Shown piece by piece: positions 9,871 through 19,813 of a DNA stretch of 64,000 nucleotides. Position 1 is the stretch's first letter; every line of letters starts with the position of its first letter. Source of the DNA: an uncultured Planctomycetales bacterium (lineage in GTDB: Bacteria; Omnitrophota; Gorgyraeia; Zapsychrales; JAHFFX01); NCBI GenBank assembly GCA_964464475.1, contig CAYXGG010000006.1:16305-80304 (forward strand), read 5' to 3'. Both the position numbers and the translations under genes were made by a program. The notes under the pieces were generated by a model, which searched no databases, was not told the DNA's origin, and saw only the letters and a program-made list of their open reading frames with translations.

Positions 9871-10959
9871 TTACAGCATCAAACTGAGAATGGCCTCTTT
9901 AACCATCGCAAGAGGTACATTCTCAACCGTATCGACTCTACCCAAACATCTTGCCAAAATAAAACGGTTCGTTGTTCCGGAGAATTTCTTATCCCTCCCC
10001 ATCGCGGAGAAAATCCTTGCTAAAGGTAGCTTTTCGATGCGGGCGGGTAGCTGAATGTCAGAAAGCAACTGATTGAGGCGCTGACTATCCGCGCTGGGAA
10101 AATTATTCAATCGCTGAGAAAGAATAGCCGCCACTCTCATCCCCAAAGCAATAGCTTCTCCATGATGATACATTTGATAACCACCGGCCGTTTCTATGGC
10201 GTGTCCTGCCGTATGCCCGAAGTTAAGAATTCGCCGCAACCCTTTGATTTCCTTCTCATCGCGACCGACAACACTTGCTTTAATCCGGCTAGAAGCTTCC
10301 ACCACGTGTGCTAGCGACGCGGTATCTTTCTTTAATAACAACGAAGCCTTTTGCTCCAAAAACCGAAACAATTTTGCGTCTTGAATCACGCCGTATTTGA
10401 CGACTTCCGCTAACCCGTTACGCACCTGGCGATCTGAAAGCGTATTCAGAACGCTAACATCACTTATAACCAAACGCGGCTGATAGAACGCGCCCACCAA
10501 ATTCTTCCCAACAGAAAGATCAATGGCAACTTTTCCACCAATCGCCGAATCCACCTGGGCTAATAGTGTCGTTGGTATTTGAACATACGGAACGCCCCGT
10601 TTGTAAATTGCCGCGACAAACCCAGCCAGATCACCGATGACCCCTCCCCCAAAAGCGATAACAAATATCTTGCGTCGCAAATCATAGCGCGCGATTTGTT
10701 CGGTAAGACGAGTGGCCCAGAGAGAAGATTTACTTTGTTCTCCATCGGGAACCATAAGAAACTTGACTGAGAATCCTGCCTTGACCAAGCTTTGGCGCAG
10801 ACGCCCGCCATGCAAACGCGCGATAAGCGCGTTAGTTACAATCACCGCGTCACGACCCAAATCAAAATCCCTTAACAGCTTTCCAGACAGGGAAAGTAGC
10901 TGCTCTCCAATCAAGACAGGATAAGAACGTCCCGGTAGCGGGACTGAAACAATTTTCAT
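9871..10959 (-). CDS. aroB: 3-dehydroquinate synthase
   Basis: About 362 aa from MKIVSVPL; GGGVIGDLAGFVAA NAD-binding and metal-binding His motifs. Confidence 0.9.
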   Translation of the reverse strand: MKIVSVPLPGRSYPVLIGEQLLSLSGKLLRDFDLGRDAVIVTNALIARLHGGRLRQSLVKAGFSVKFLMVPDGEQSKSSLWATRLTEQIARYDLRRKIFVIAFGGGVIGDLAGFVAAIYKRGVPYVQIPTTLLAQVDSAIGGKVAIDLSVGKNLVGAFYQPRLVISDVSVLNTLSDRQVRNGLAEVVKYGVIQDAKLFRFLEQKASLLLKKDTASLAHVVEASSRIKASVVGRDEKEIKGLRRILNFGHTAGHAIETAGGYQMYHHGEAIALGMRVAAILSQRLNNFPSADSQRLNQLLSDIQLPARIEKLPLARIFSAMGRDKKFSGTTNRFILARCLGRVDTVENVPLAMVKEAILSLML

Positions 10960-10961
10960 AT

Positions 10962-11573
10962 TTATGGAACTCCCAACCAACTAGCCAACTGAGCGACCAT
11001 TCCCCACAACCAGTTATCCAAAATACCAAAAGACAACAACGCAAATACCACCACGATACCGATCAACTCAAATTCGCGATAATATTTAACCGCCGAGACT
11101 GGCAACACACTTAACACTAATTTGGAACCATCTAACGGAGGAAAAGGTAACAAATTAAAAATAGCCAACCCTAAATTCACTTTAACCGTCGCGCTTAAGT
11201 ACGAAATCGCCGATTCCGAAGGAAATAGCGCCAATAAAGCACTGGCCACTACCGCAAGAATCATGTTCATCGCGGGACCGGCCATCGCCACCAAAGCCAA
11301 ATCCCGCCGAGGAAACCTAAAATTAGAGAAATTAACCGGAACAGGGCGGGCCCAACCAAACAAATACGGAGAATGGCTGATGAATAAAACCAACGGTAAG
11401 AATACTGAACCGACCGGATCTAAATGTTTAAGCGGATTTAACGTCAGTCGCCCCTGATCTTTGGCAGTTGAATCCCCGCACTTTAGGGCGACCCAACCGT
11501 GAGCGAATTCATGAAAAACAATAGCCGGAAGAAAAATCAGAAGTAAATCCCAAACCAGTTGGGGAATCATCAT
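10962..11573 (-). CDS. site-2 protease family (M50) membrane metalloprotease
   Basis: 203 aa; HEFAHG (HExxH) in a TM segment and a downstream LDG motif. Confidence 0.75.
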   Translation of the reverse strand: MMIPQLVWDLLLIFLPAIVFHEFAHGWVALKCGDSTAKDQGRLTLNPLKHLDPVGSVFLPLVLFISHSPYLFGWARPVPVNFSNFRFPRRDLALVAMAGPAMNMILAVVASALLALFPSESAISYLSATVKVNLGLAIFNLLPFPPLDGSKLVLSVLPVSAVKYYREFELIGIVVVFALLSFGILDNWLWGMVAQLASWLGVP

Positions 11574-12493
11574 TGCGCCGGTCCGATGGAAATAACGCGG
11601 ATCGTGGGTTGTCCTGAAGCGACTTCTTGAATAACACCCTGCACTGAAACTCGCTTATTTAAATATTCTTTCAAAACTTCAGGAGAAGCATCGAGATAAA
11701 ATTGTTCTTTTCTAGAAACCTTAAGGATGAATGCCTCTTGTCGTACTCGCTTTAATTTACCAACCCAATTCAAGACTTGACCTTCAACAGAAGGACCAGC
11801 TGACCTGGTTTCGTTCGTAACCGTGACTTCTTCTTTTATTTCAGGTAAATCAACGTCCTCTTTCTTATCTTCAATGGTCGCCATCGTCGCCGACATTTGA
11901 GGACTTTCTACTTTAAGCGCCATCGGCGCGGGTCCTGCCTCAACGGAAATACTCGCCACAGGAAGAACCGGTTCAATTTTCTCAACTGATTGACTGGCAA
12001 ATTTTTCAACAGGAATCGGATCAGGAACTTGAAGTGTCGTTGGCTTTACCAGCTCAATAGCAATCCACCCCGACAAACCATCAACAGGCGCGATCTGATA
12101 CCAATCATTAATAGCCGTTACAATAGTAACTATCGAATCCTTAGTCAATTGGCCAAGCGACGCGGCATTCGTATCCGCTGCGGCACGGACATTAACCCGA
12201 GACCCAGTCACCACGCCCTGGCTACCTGGAATAACTTGAATATATTTGCTATGGATGAAACACTTAGAATCTTTAGGTAGGCGAACTTTGTACCAGCTGA
12301 ATTGTTGTTCTAACACAACTAGCTGCGAACCTAAGGGTAATTGTGCGATCTTTTCAAAATTGGTACTTTGACCGGCACGAAGGTTGACAGCGTCTTTAAC
12401 GGTTTCGGCAACAAACGGAAATTGGGGCTGAGCGTACACCAGCGAAGCCAATCCGAGAACCAAAGCACAAATCTGACCTAAGGTCTTGTGCAT
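11570..12493 (-). CDS. secreted protein with two bacterial SH3 (SH3b) domains
   Basis: 307 aa; signal peptide; two roughly 60-aa repeats of the form G..VNVRAG.S....I..L..G..V.V......W..V. Confidence 0.55.
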   Translation of the reverse strand: MHKTLGQICALVLGLASLVYAQPQFPFVAETVKDAVNLRAGQSTNFEKIAQLPLGSQLVVLEQQFSWYKVRLPKDSKCFIHSKYIQVIPGSQGVVTGSRVNVRAAADTNAASLGQLTKDSIVTIVTAINDWYQIAPVDGLSGWIAIELVKPTTLQVPDPIPVEKFASQSVEKIEPVLPVASISVEAGPAPMALKVESPQMSATMATIEDKKEDVDLPEIKEEVTVTNETRSAGPSVEGQVLNWVGKLKRVRQEAFILKVSRKEQFYLDASPEVLKEYLNKRVSVQGVIQEVASGQPTIRVISIGPAQ

Positions 12494-12504
12494 AGGAAAA
12501 CCGT

Positions 12505-12774
12505 TTACTTGGCGGGAGCTTTTTTGTCTTTTGCGGCATCAGCTTTAGCGGGAGCGGCGGCACCGGCAGCAGGGGCTGCGGCACCTTCTTTGGCTTCGGC
12601 TTTGGCCTTACGGGACTTGATCTTGATTATTTTGGTTTTAGGAAGACCGACGACCGACCGATTCTCTTCCCATAACCCTTTTTTCATCAATTCTTTAATA
12701 CGTTCAATGCGGGTCAAGACAGAACGCTGCTGGGCCCCAGCGGCGTCAACTTTTAATGAGGAATGGATTCCCAT
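12505..12774 (-). CDS. small basic protein with Lys/Ala/Pro-rich (histone H1-like) C-terminal tail
   Basis: 89 aa; the C-terminal 40 aa are KAKAEAKEGAAAPAAGAAAPAKADAAKDKKAPAK; no domain recognised. Confidence 0.4.
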   Translation of the reverse strand: MGIHSSLKVDAAGAQQRSVLTRIERIKELMKKGLWEENRSVVGLPKTKIIKIKSRKAKAEAKEGAAAPAAGAAAPAKADAAKDKKAPAK

Positions 12775-12777
12775 AAT

Positions 12778-13548
12778 CTACAATCTCCTTACTAGACAAT
12801 CTTTATATTCTTTGTATTTTTTTCTAAATTGCTCACTGAAAACCTGCGCTTGTTTTTGTTCGGCGAAATTGCCCACGCAGACAATCGCATGAGACCCTTT
12901 TGACAGCACCTGTGTTTCATACCCCTTCTGTTTCATTAAATCAGCCACTCGTTGAGCAAAACTTTCGGTTTTGTACGAGGCTATCTGCACGGTGAAGGGT
13001 TTTCCAAATTTAGAATTCGTGGAGTATACACTGTTTTGCTGATCCTGTAAAGTTTTCTGTTGGGCCACGACGGTCTGCGTTTGAGGAACGACTTTCGGTG
13101 TCGCAGCAACAGTACTCTCGGGAGCGGAAACTTGAGCCGCTAGAGTATTTGGTCTCTTAACAGCAATCTTAGGGGCACTCTCCACTGCCCCGGACTCAAC
13201 TGAGGGTAAACTCGCCCCTTTAGAAGTCGGCACTATTTGCGGCAGCGCTGACTTACGGGCCGATGCCTCTACCAACAATTCTTGAGCTTCTTTGACTGTC
13301 GCCACTTTAGCCATGGTTTGCTCATGCACCATCTCTCTGACCTCACGCAACGCATACTTTTTTCCTTTTTCCACACCGACGGAATAACTAACGACGGCTA
13401 AAATCAATGCGACAATTCCTACAATAACCAAATTCTCAAACGTTAAGGTCAAGTTCGCAGAAAAAAACCGTGGTTTACCGACTTCGGAGCTGGGATTATT
13501 GGGGTCAGGAAAAAGCTCAAACTGAGATTGTTTAAAGTTGAGATTCAT
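12778..13548 (-). CDS. SPOR domain protein (septal peptidoglycan binding), bitopic
   Basis: 256 aa; N-terminal TM, Ala/Pro/Thr/Gln-rich linker, C-terminal SPOR-like fold (PFTVQIASYKTESFAQRVADLMKQKGY). Confidence 0.6.
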   Translation of the reverse strand: MNLNFKQSQFELFPDPNNPSSEVGKPRFFSANLTLTFENLVIVGIVALILAVVSYSVGVEKGKKYALREVREMVHEQTMAKVATVKEAQELLVEASARKSALPQIVPTSKGASLPSVESGAVESAPKIAVKRPNTLAAQVSAPESTVAATPKVVPQTQTVVAQQKTLQDQQNSVYSTNSKFGKPFTVQIASYKTESFAQRVADLMKQKGYETQVLSKGSHAIVCVGNFAEQKQAQVFSEQFRKKYKEYKDCLVRRL

Positions 13549-13565
13549 GATGGATTATTATAGGT

Positions 13566-14645
13566 TTATCGTTTTATCAGGCTCAAGTACTTTCTGAATT
13601 TTTTTTGTTTACTTAATTCCCCAAAAACTTCAATAATTCCGGGATCAAACTGAGTTCCACTATTTCGTTTGAGTTCCAGCAAAGCTTCATCAATGGTCAT
13701 TGGTAAACGATAAGAGCGATGACTAATCATAGCTTCAAATGCGTCGACGACCGCCATCACTCTGGCCCCCACTGGAATCTGCTCCCCCTTGAGCCCCGAC
13801 GGATATCCACGACCATCATACTTTTCATGTCGATACAGAATAATAGGCAGGACTGGCCTTAGAAACTCCACGGGCTTAATCAGCGCGACGCACCGGGCGG
13901 GATGCTCGCGAATGATTTTAAATTCTTCCGCCGTCAATTGACTCGTCTTGGATAATATTTCAAACGGGACATCAATCGCACCGGTTTCGTGCAACAACCC
14001 GGCATATTCGAGCGATTCGACGGCCTCCTGCTTTAAGCCCATTTTATGCGCCACAATTTTCATGATCTTGCAATAAACCGGGGCCTCACCGTTGTCGGCA
14101 AAATTATCCCGCTCCATCATCTTTCCAATAAAACGCATACTTCCCAAAATCACTTTTTGCTGTTGCTCAGACAGCTGCAAGTTTTTAATAGCGGTGACGG
14201 CCTGCTCACAAAAAACCATCATCATCTCTCGATCAAACTCCTCAAATTCCGGTTCGTTGTTCCCGCGCCAAATCATGATAGCTCCCATGGTATCTTCCGC
14301 CACCAGAGGCATGCCAATAAAGCGTTTTTCAAAAAGGGAAGCGCCCTCAGCGACCGAACGTTCGCGCGGTGGAACTTTAGAAAAATCCATCCGCTTTTCC
14401 TGGATGGTATTAATCTTGTTATTAAACGACGCGATCATCAATATTTTTCTTTTTTGGGAATCAATCAAATAAACGCTACAAGCGCTGGCATGGATAAATT
14501 GGCAAAGCAGACGCGTCAAACGCAAAGACAGCTCGCGCACGTTATACGTGGAATTTATCAACCGGTACACCATGTGTACCGCCGATAAGACCAGCTTATA
14601 CTTTTTCGTATGGATGGAAAAGCTTTTTGTACTCATCAAGGGCAA
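13566..14645 (-). CDS. GAF domain / HD-GYP phosphodiesterase
   Basis: Up to 359 aa (the true start may be the Met at 14573, which avoids overlap with dgt); HETGAID (HD) and DGRGYP (GYP) motifs. Confidence 0.8.
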   Translation of the reverse strand: MPLMSTKSFSIHTKKYKLVLSAVHMVYRLINSTYNVRELSLRLTRLLCQFIHASACSVYLIDSQKRKILMIASFNNKINTIQEKRMDFSKVPPRERSVAEGASLFEKRFIGMPLVAEDTMGAIMIWRGNNEPEFEEFDREMMMVFCEQAVTAIKNLQLSEQQQKVILGSMRFIGKMMERDNFADNGEAPVYCKIMKIVAHKMGLKQEAVESLEYAGLLHETGAIDVPFEILSKTSQLTAEEFKIIREHPARCVALIKPVEFLRPVLPIILYRHEKYDGRGYPSGLKGEQIPVGARVMAVVDAFEAMISHRSYRLPMTIDEALLELKRNSGTQFDPGIIEVFGELSKQKKFRKYLSLIKR

Positions 14646-15765
14646 ACCGATCCGTCATGGACGCGATATAATTACAAATAACACCGTAAATGTCACGCTT
14701 AGCATATTTTCTAGATTTACGATACACTTCTTCGGGTAATTGGTTAGGATTTTGTCGATAAACATCAAATAAAGCTTTGATAATTCTTTTGGCTTTTCCG
14801 GTCATGCGCTCCACCCGGGAATGATGGTAAAGTTTCTTGTTCAGTAATTCCTGCAAATAATTTCGCTCCTGTGCCATCGCTGGGCTGAATCCGATCACCG
14901 TTTCCCGGCAGCGCTTCACGTCCCGAGATGATTTAAATTTCTTACGGATAATATTGCCCTCAGAAGCCACCAGCAGGTCTTTCACCTGCATATCAATTAA
15001 TTCCTTTACGATTTGATATTTACGCATGTCTTGTCCCTGCCCACGCAAAGGAACCGCCAGTTTCTTTATCGCCGTTTGCCACAAGGTACTTTCCGCCAAA
15101 TCCTCTTCATGAATGCAGGTCGAGGTTAAGCCGTCATCAATGTCGTGATTCAAATAGGCTAAGGAATCCGCAATGTCCACCACCTGAGCTTCCAAGGTCG
15201 GCTCTTCTTGCATGTATTTCTTTTCCTGCCCGGGCAGATCATAGACCGTCCGATGTTTTAATATCCCGACCAGCACTTCCGGCGTTAAATTTAATCCATC
15301 GAACTGCGGATAACGTTTTTCAAGTTTGGTCACAATATCAAAACTACGTTGATTGTGATTAAATCCCCGGAGACCCGCCTCTTTCATAATTTGATTTAAG
15401 GCGTCTTCTCCGGCATGACCAAAAGGCGGGTGCCCTAAATCATGAGCCAGGGCAATGGCTTCAATCAGGTCTTCATTTAAACGCAAATTGCGACCAATCG
15501 TACGCGCGATTTGGGCGACTTCAATCGTATGAGTCAAACGCGTGCGGTAGTAATCTCCCTCGAAGATGCCAAAAACCTGCGTTTTGTATTCCAGTTTTCG
15601 AAACGCCTCGCTATGCACGATGCGATCCCGATCTCGCTGAAAACACGTACGGGTTTCATGCGCCGCTTCCGAGTGTTCACGAGGACCGGCGTCACGACTA
15701 TGCATCGCGTAAACGGCAAGAATTTTATTTTCGCTGTCTTCTATTTCTAAGCGGGTGCGTATCAT
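14596..15765 (-). CDS. dgt: dGTP triphosphohydrolase-like HD-domain protein
   Basis: FQRDRDRIVHSEAFRKLEYKTQVF and HDLGHPPFGH motifs; start chosen at MIRTRLEIED (15765; the track ORF extends to 15861). Confidence 0.85.
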   Translation of the reverse strand: MIRTRLEIEDSENKILAVYAMHSRDAGPREHSEAAHETRTCFQRDRDRIVHSEAFRKLEYKTQVFGIFEGDYYRTRLTHTIEVAQIARTIGRNLRLNEDLIEAIALAHDLGHPPFGHAGEDALNQIMKEAGLRGFNHNQRSFDIVTKLEKRYPQFDGLNLTPEVLVGILKHRTVYDLPGQEKKYMQEEPTLEAQVVDIADSLAYLNHDIDDGLTSTCIHEEDLAESTLWQTAIKKLAVPLRGQGQDMRKYQIVKELIDMQVKDLLVASEGNIIRKKFKSSRDVKRCRETVIGFSPAMAQERNYLQELLNKKLYHHSRVERMTGKAKRIIKALFDVYRQNPNQLPEEVYRKSRKYAKRDIYGVICNYIASMTDRFALDEYKKLFHPYEKV

Positions 15766-16234
15766 TAAGTAATTTATGTAACGCAAAAAGTGATTGAGAA
15801 ATAACCTTGGTGGAAGCGACCACGGGCATAAAATTAACATCCCCGGCCCACCGTGGAACAATATGAAAATGCAAATGCCCCGGAAATCCGGCTCCGGCCG
15901 CCCGACCCAAATTTAATCCAATGTTATACCCATCTGGACTCAAAACCCGATCTAACTTAGCTTTAGTACTTTCCAAAAGACCCCAAAGATCCAATTTTTC
16001 ATCGTGAGACAACTTAGCTAAATCATTAACATGACGATTAGGCAAGACCAACAGATGTCCGTTGTTATAAGGATAAATATTCAAAACAGAAAATGAGCTG
16101 GTCGTCCGACTGACCACAAAATTTTCACGATCGCGTTTGACCTGCTTCACAATCCGACAAAAGACACACGGTTTACTTTTTTTACCGAGCATCTTAATAT
16201 ATTGCTGACGCCACGGCGCCCATAGGTTTTCCAT
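15725..16234 (-). CDS. HIT family hydrolase (GalT/Ap4A-hydrolase-like branch)
   Basis: 169 aa; histidine triad HLHFHIVPR; N-terminal APWR motif. Confidence 0.75.
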   Translation of the reverse strand: MENLWAPWRQQYIKMLGKKSKPCVFCRIVKQVKRDRENFVVSRTTSSFSVLNIYPYNNGHLLVLPNRHVNDLAKLSHDEKLDLWGLLESTKAKLDRVLSPDGYNIGLNLGRAAGAGFPGHLHFHIVPRWAGDVNFMPVVASTKVISQSLFALHKLLNDTHPLRNRRQRK

Positions 16235-16240
16235 AGAATT

Positions 16241-16720
16241 TTATTTAATCTTGATAATCTTGGCTTTGACTTTATCACCCAAGCATTCGAGGACGCCATA
16301 AGAACAGTACGGGGCCGTCACGGTATCGTTAGGGCTGCCGGGATTTAAAAAAAGCGTCCCCTCAATTTCTTCAACGAGCGGCTGATGCGAGTGGCCGAAA
16401 ATCACCGCATTAAGACGTTGTCCTTTAAATTCCGACCGTACGGTATCCAAAATCGCGCTTCGAGATCCCTCGCCATGGAAAAGCCCAACCCTCGTCCCTT
16501 CCCACTCCAGAATCTGAGACCGAGGAAACAGCTTGCGGACAGACGACTCATCCATGTTGCCATGAACCGCTTTTAGTTCTTTTATCTTCTTAAGTTGCTC
16601 TACCTCGCGCACCGAGCAAAAATCACCGGCATGTACGATCAAATCCATCTGCCGAAAATCTTTCAGCATTTGTTCGGGCAACGGCAGCGAATGCGTATCA
16701 GAAACCACACCAATTTTCAT
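16241..16720 (-). CDS. YfcE/MJ0936-family metallophosphoesterase
   Basis: 159 aa; VVSDTH, HAGDF, HGNMD, GHSH metal-ligand motifs. Confidence 0.8.
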   Translation of the reverse strand: MKIGVVSDTHSLPLPEQMLKDFRQMDLIVHAGDFCSVREVEQLKKIKELKAVHGNMDESSVRKLFPRSQILEWEGTRVGLFHGEGSRSAILDTVRSEFKGQRLNAVIFGHSHQPLVEEIEGTLFLNPGSPNDTVTAPYCSYGVLECLGDKVKAKIIKIK

Positions 16721-18351
16721 GAAGACACGATAAACGGTTTATTAAAATAATTCAGCAGTGAGTTAATTTCACTTTCATTCCAAATCCACAATCGTTCTTC
16801 CAAAGCTTTCAATCGAGTATTCGGATCCATCTCGGATAATGAAATGACCACTCGCCGAAATGGTTTCTTACCGCTTTTCTTGGTTTCGTTAAGAAACACG
16901 TTTAACTCCTGTTCATCGAAAGGCTTTTCTTTCAAAACGATAAACCATTCCCCTTCCTCAGAAATGGCCCGGATTCCTTCCACGCAGAATCGCGACTCCG
17001 CCGCGAATTTTATCGTTTCAATTTCTCTAAACAAAGATAATTTGTATTTACGACCATTAAGGGAAACCGCATCGTTATCAAAGCATTCCAGCAGTGAAAC
17101 TACTCTGCTGACCAAATTTTCTTGAGACACTAAAAGGAAGCTTTGATAGGCCTGTTTCAAATCCTCACGGAATTCTGCCACTAAACGCTCTTCGGTCAGA
17201 TCCAAGGCTCGCCAGCGGCGATCTAAAACATACCTCAGCCAATAGCGCAACAACTTATCTTCTAGATGAAACAACTGACCGTTTTTTATGAGCACACCCT
17301 CTTCCGTCAGTTTGGACAACAACGTTGTTAAAGCACTTTTAGCCGTGACCGCTTGAGCAAGATCTGCCGCCTTATTGACACCTCGCGCGACCGCCAGCAA
17401 GAGCCGCCCCGACTCTCGCATGGATTTACTCGCAGACAGGTGTTCGATTTTCAGCTCAAAATGTTTGCTTAACACACCCCAAGGCGCAAAAAGCACATTT
17501 TCTACCGCTTGGGACAATAGCGGCCAGAAAACTTCTGATTGCTGATGGATAGCACTTAACGACCGTATTTCTAAGCAAAGCATCTGTAAATAAGCAGGGC
17601 AGCCACCTGTGAAATCCATAAGAAAATGTCGAATATCACTGCGCATCTTTAATCCGACTAACGATTGTTCAATGTATTCCTGGCTGGAGCGTAAATCAAA
17701 ACTCCCAATAGACAAAATTTCAAAATTACCAAAAAGCAACGAAAGTTTTTCCGCCAAAATACGTTTAGCCAGCGTAGGGTAAGAGCTGGACAAAACATAC
17801 AAACAATTCTTCTGAGTCATGACGCGTTTACCCAGCTGGGCAAAAACTTCCTCCCCACACAATTCGCCAAGGACCTGAAATTCTTCCAGAACGATCAAGC
17901 AAATTTTTCCACTTTCAAAAGAAAAAATTTCTGGAAGGGATAACAGTTTGCCCAAAGCCTCATCCCATTTGGCCTTCTGGACCAAGTCGAGAACACATTT
18001 GATTTCCGCGACCGTTTTCGGTAATACTTTCTGTGTTCCTTGCAAAAGCAACGCCACCTCTTCATAAACCGGCAAACCTTTTCGACGAGAGAAATTGTAA
18101 AGCAAACTACAGATAAAACGATCAAATAAATACGTCTGATCTTTACCTTCCAGATCCACGTAAACTTCTACCACGCCGTCATCATCAAGATCACTCAAAA
18201 ACTTTTGCAAAAGCACCGTTTTACCAACAAAACGATTTCCCATGATCGCCACATTCTGACGATAACCGTCCTTTAAATCACGCAAACGACGCTGTAACGT
18301 TGCCAAACAGTCTTTGCGACCTACAAAAATGGTTTTAGGTAACTGGTTCAT
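16717..18351 (-). CDS. AAA+ ATPase of the PF01637 (archaeal-type ATPase) family with an extended C-terminal region (DUF234-like)
   Basis: 544 aa; FVGRKDCLATL...GNRFVGKTVLLQKFL Walker A; Walker-B-like CLIVLEEFQVL; 4-nt overlaps with both neighbours. Confidence 0.6.
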   Translation of the reverse strand: MNQLPKTIFVGRKDCLATLQRRLRDLKDGYRQNVAIMGNRFVGKTVLLQKFLSDLDDDGVVEVYVDLEGKDQTYLFDRFICSLLYNFSRRKGLPVYEEVALLLQGTQKVLPKTVAEIKCVLDLVQKAKWDEALGKLLSLPEIFSFESGKICLIVLEEFQVLGELCGEEVFAQLGKRVMTQKNCLYVLSSSYPTLAKRILAEKLSLLFGNFEILSIGSFDLRSSQEYIEQSLVGLKMRSDIRHFLMDFTGGCPAYLQMLCLEIRSLSAIHQQSEVFWPLLSQAVENVLFAPWGVLSKHFELKIEHLSASKSMRESGRLLLAVARGVNKAADLAQAVTAKSALTTLLSKLTEEGVLIKNGQLFHLEDKLLRYWLRYVLDRRWRALDLTEERLVAEFREDLKQAYQSFLLVSQENLVSRVVSLLECFDNDAVSLNGRKYKLSLFREIETIKFAAESRFCVEGIRAISEEGEWFIVLKEKPFDEQELNVFLNETKKSGKKPFRRVVISLSEMDPNTRLKALEERLWIWNESEINSLLNYFNKPFIVSS

Positions 18352-19037
18352 GGTAAATAGTAGACGGGATTAACTGAAGCCCCTTTTTTTCTCACTTCAA
18401 AATAAGCAAAACAATCGTTACCTGAACATCCCACATACCCCACAGGTTCATTCTGAGCGACTTGGTCGCCGACCCGCACCGTCAACTTGGCGTTTTGACC
18501 ATAAACACTGTTAAAACCATCAGTATGCTCAAGAATGACGGTATGGGCATACCCATTCAAATAATCAGCAAAAACGACTTTGCCTGATCGGGCGGCTTTG
18601 ACCTGAGTTCCTTCTCGGGTTTCAATGAGCAATCCTTTGGTGATGCGGGAACGATAACGCTCTCCAAAGTGAACCAGCACTCTCCCTTTCACAGGCCAAA
18701 CAAAAGTCCCATCATCAATGGCAGGAGCCTCATCGATGGACACTTCGCGGGTACTGACGGCACCCGGAATAAAAATCAGTTGGTCCTTCTCAATTTTGCC
18801 GGCGTTAGGAATATTGTTGCGTTGTACGATGTTATCCACGTCCACATTGTAGGTTTTGGCGATACGCCACAGGGTCTCCCCTGGTTTTACTTTATGGTAA
18901 ACACCGCCTTCAACATTCGGGAGTTCTCCTTCGGGAGAACTACTGGGCGACGTGGATTCCTGTCCGGGAGCAGGATGATCAACGGTCGCGCAACCCGAAA
19001 TAAAAAATAAAACTCCGGCGATGAAACACGCGCTCAC
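18348..19037 (-). CDS. LysM + M23 peptidase lipoprotein (NlpD/EnvC-like)
   Basis: LysM (YHKVKPGETLWRIAKTYNV) and M23 (HTDGF...HFEV) domains; lipobox FISGC. The track start at 19172 runs through tRNA-Gly, so the GTG at 19037 was chosen. Confidence 0.75.
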   Translation of the reverse strand: MSACFIAGVLFFISGCATVDHPAPGQESTSPSSSPEGELPNVEGGVYHKVKPGETLWRIAKTYNVDVDNIVQRNNIPNAGKIEKDQLIFIPGAVSTREVSIDEAPAIDDGTFVWPVKGRVLVHFGERYRSRITKGLLIETREGTQVKAARSGKVVFADYLNGYAHTVILEHTDGFNSVYGQNAKLTVRVGDQVAQNEPVGYVGCSGNDCFAYFEVRKKGASVNPVYYLP

Positions 19038-19063
19038 CAGCAGATTTTGTTGGAAGAATTTTA

Positions 19064-19135
<72 letters not shown>

Positions 19136-19168
19136 AAAGAACTGCGTTCTGTTGCTTAAACAAAGATT

Positions 19169-19813
19169 TCATGACACGCCATCTCTAAGTAATTTTTTAA
19201 AATCTTTTATCACCGCCGCCGGATTAGGGGACAAACAAATCTCACGACAAACGGCGACCCGAGTTATGCCCTGCGCTCTGACCAAACTAAGATTACTACG
19301 CGTAATGCCACCGATCGCGAATACTGGAAAACTCGCTTTAACCGCGACCCGAGACAATAACGACAATGCCATCGGCTTACGCTGCGGCTTAGTCAACGTT
19401 TTAAAAACAGAGCCAAACCCAACATAATCTGCCCGCTCACGTGAAGCCTTGCTTAAATGCTGATCATTCTGACACGAGGTCCCAATCAAAGCCCCGACAC
19501 CCAGCAGCTTGCGTGCCAATGGCACTGGGATATCATCCTGTCCGACATGCACTCCATCTGCGTTCACCGAAGAAGCGATATCCACTCGATCATTAATGAT
19601 CATCGGAACTTTGCCTTGGGCCGCTTGCTGAACCTTCTGAGCCAAAGCCATGAAGGAGCGTGCCGTTCCTTTTTTATCCCGCAACTGTAAAAGATCAACG
19701 CCGCTACGGACGGCCACCCGGACCAAATCCACTAAAGCCCGCCCCGCGACAACCTCCGTATCTAAAATTAAATACAACTTACAATCGCTTAAAAGTTTTT
19801 TGTTCCAGCGCAT
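19169..19813 (-). CDS. thiE: thiamine-phosphate synthase
   Basis: 214 aa; LYLILD, QLRDKK, DGVHVGQDD, FAIGGI motifs. Confidence 0.85.
   Translation of the reverse strand: MRWNKKLLSDCKLYLILDTEVVAGRALVDLVRVAVRSGVDLLQLRDKKGTARSFMALAQKVQQAAQGKVPMIINDRVDIASSVNADGVHVGQDDIPVPLARKLLGVGALIGTSCQNDQHLSKASRERADYVGFGSVFKTLTKPQRKPMALSLLSRVAVKASFPVFAIGGITRSNLSLVRAQGITRVAVCREICLSPNPAAVIKDFKKLLRDGVS

Noticed and set aside
13566-18351. Interpreting the ATPase/phosphoesterase/HIT/dGTPase/HD-GYP run as a horizontally acquired antiphage defence island
   Set aside because: No integrase, transposase or tRNA-bounded structure is present, and the genes sit in a continuous co-oriented housekeeping array. Composition by eye is similar to the flanks, and all five enzyme families are common housekeeping nucleotide-sanitising enzymes. 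It is kept only as a lower-confidence finding.
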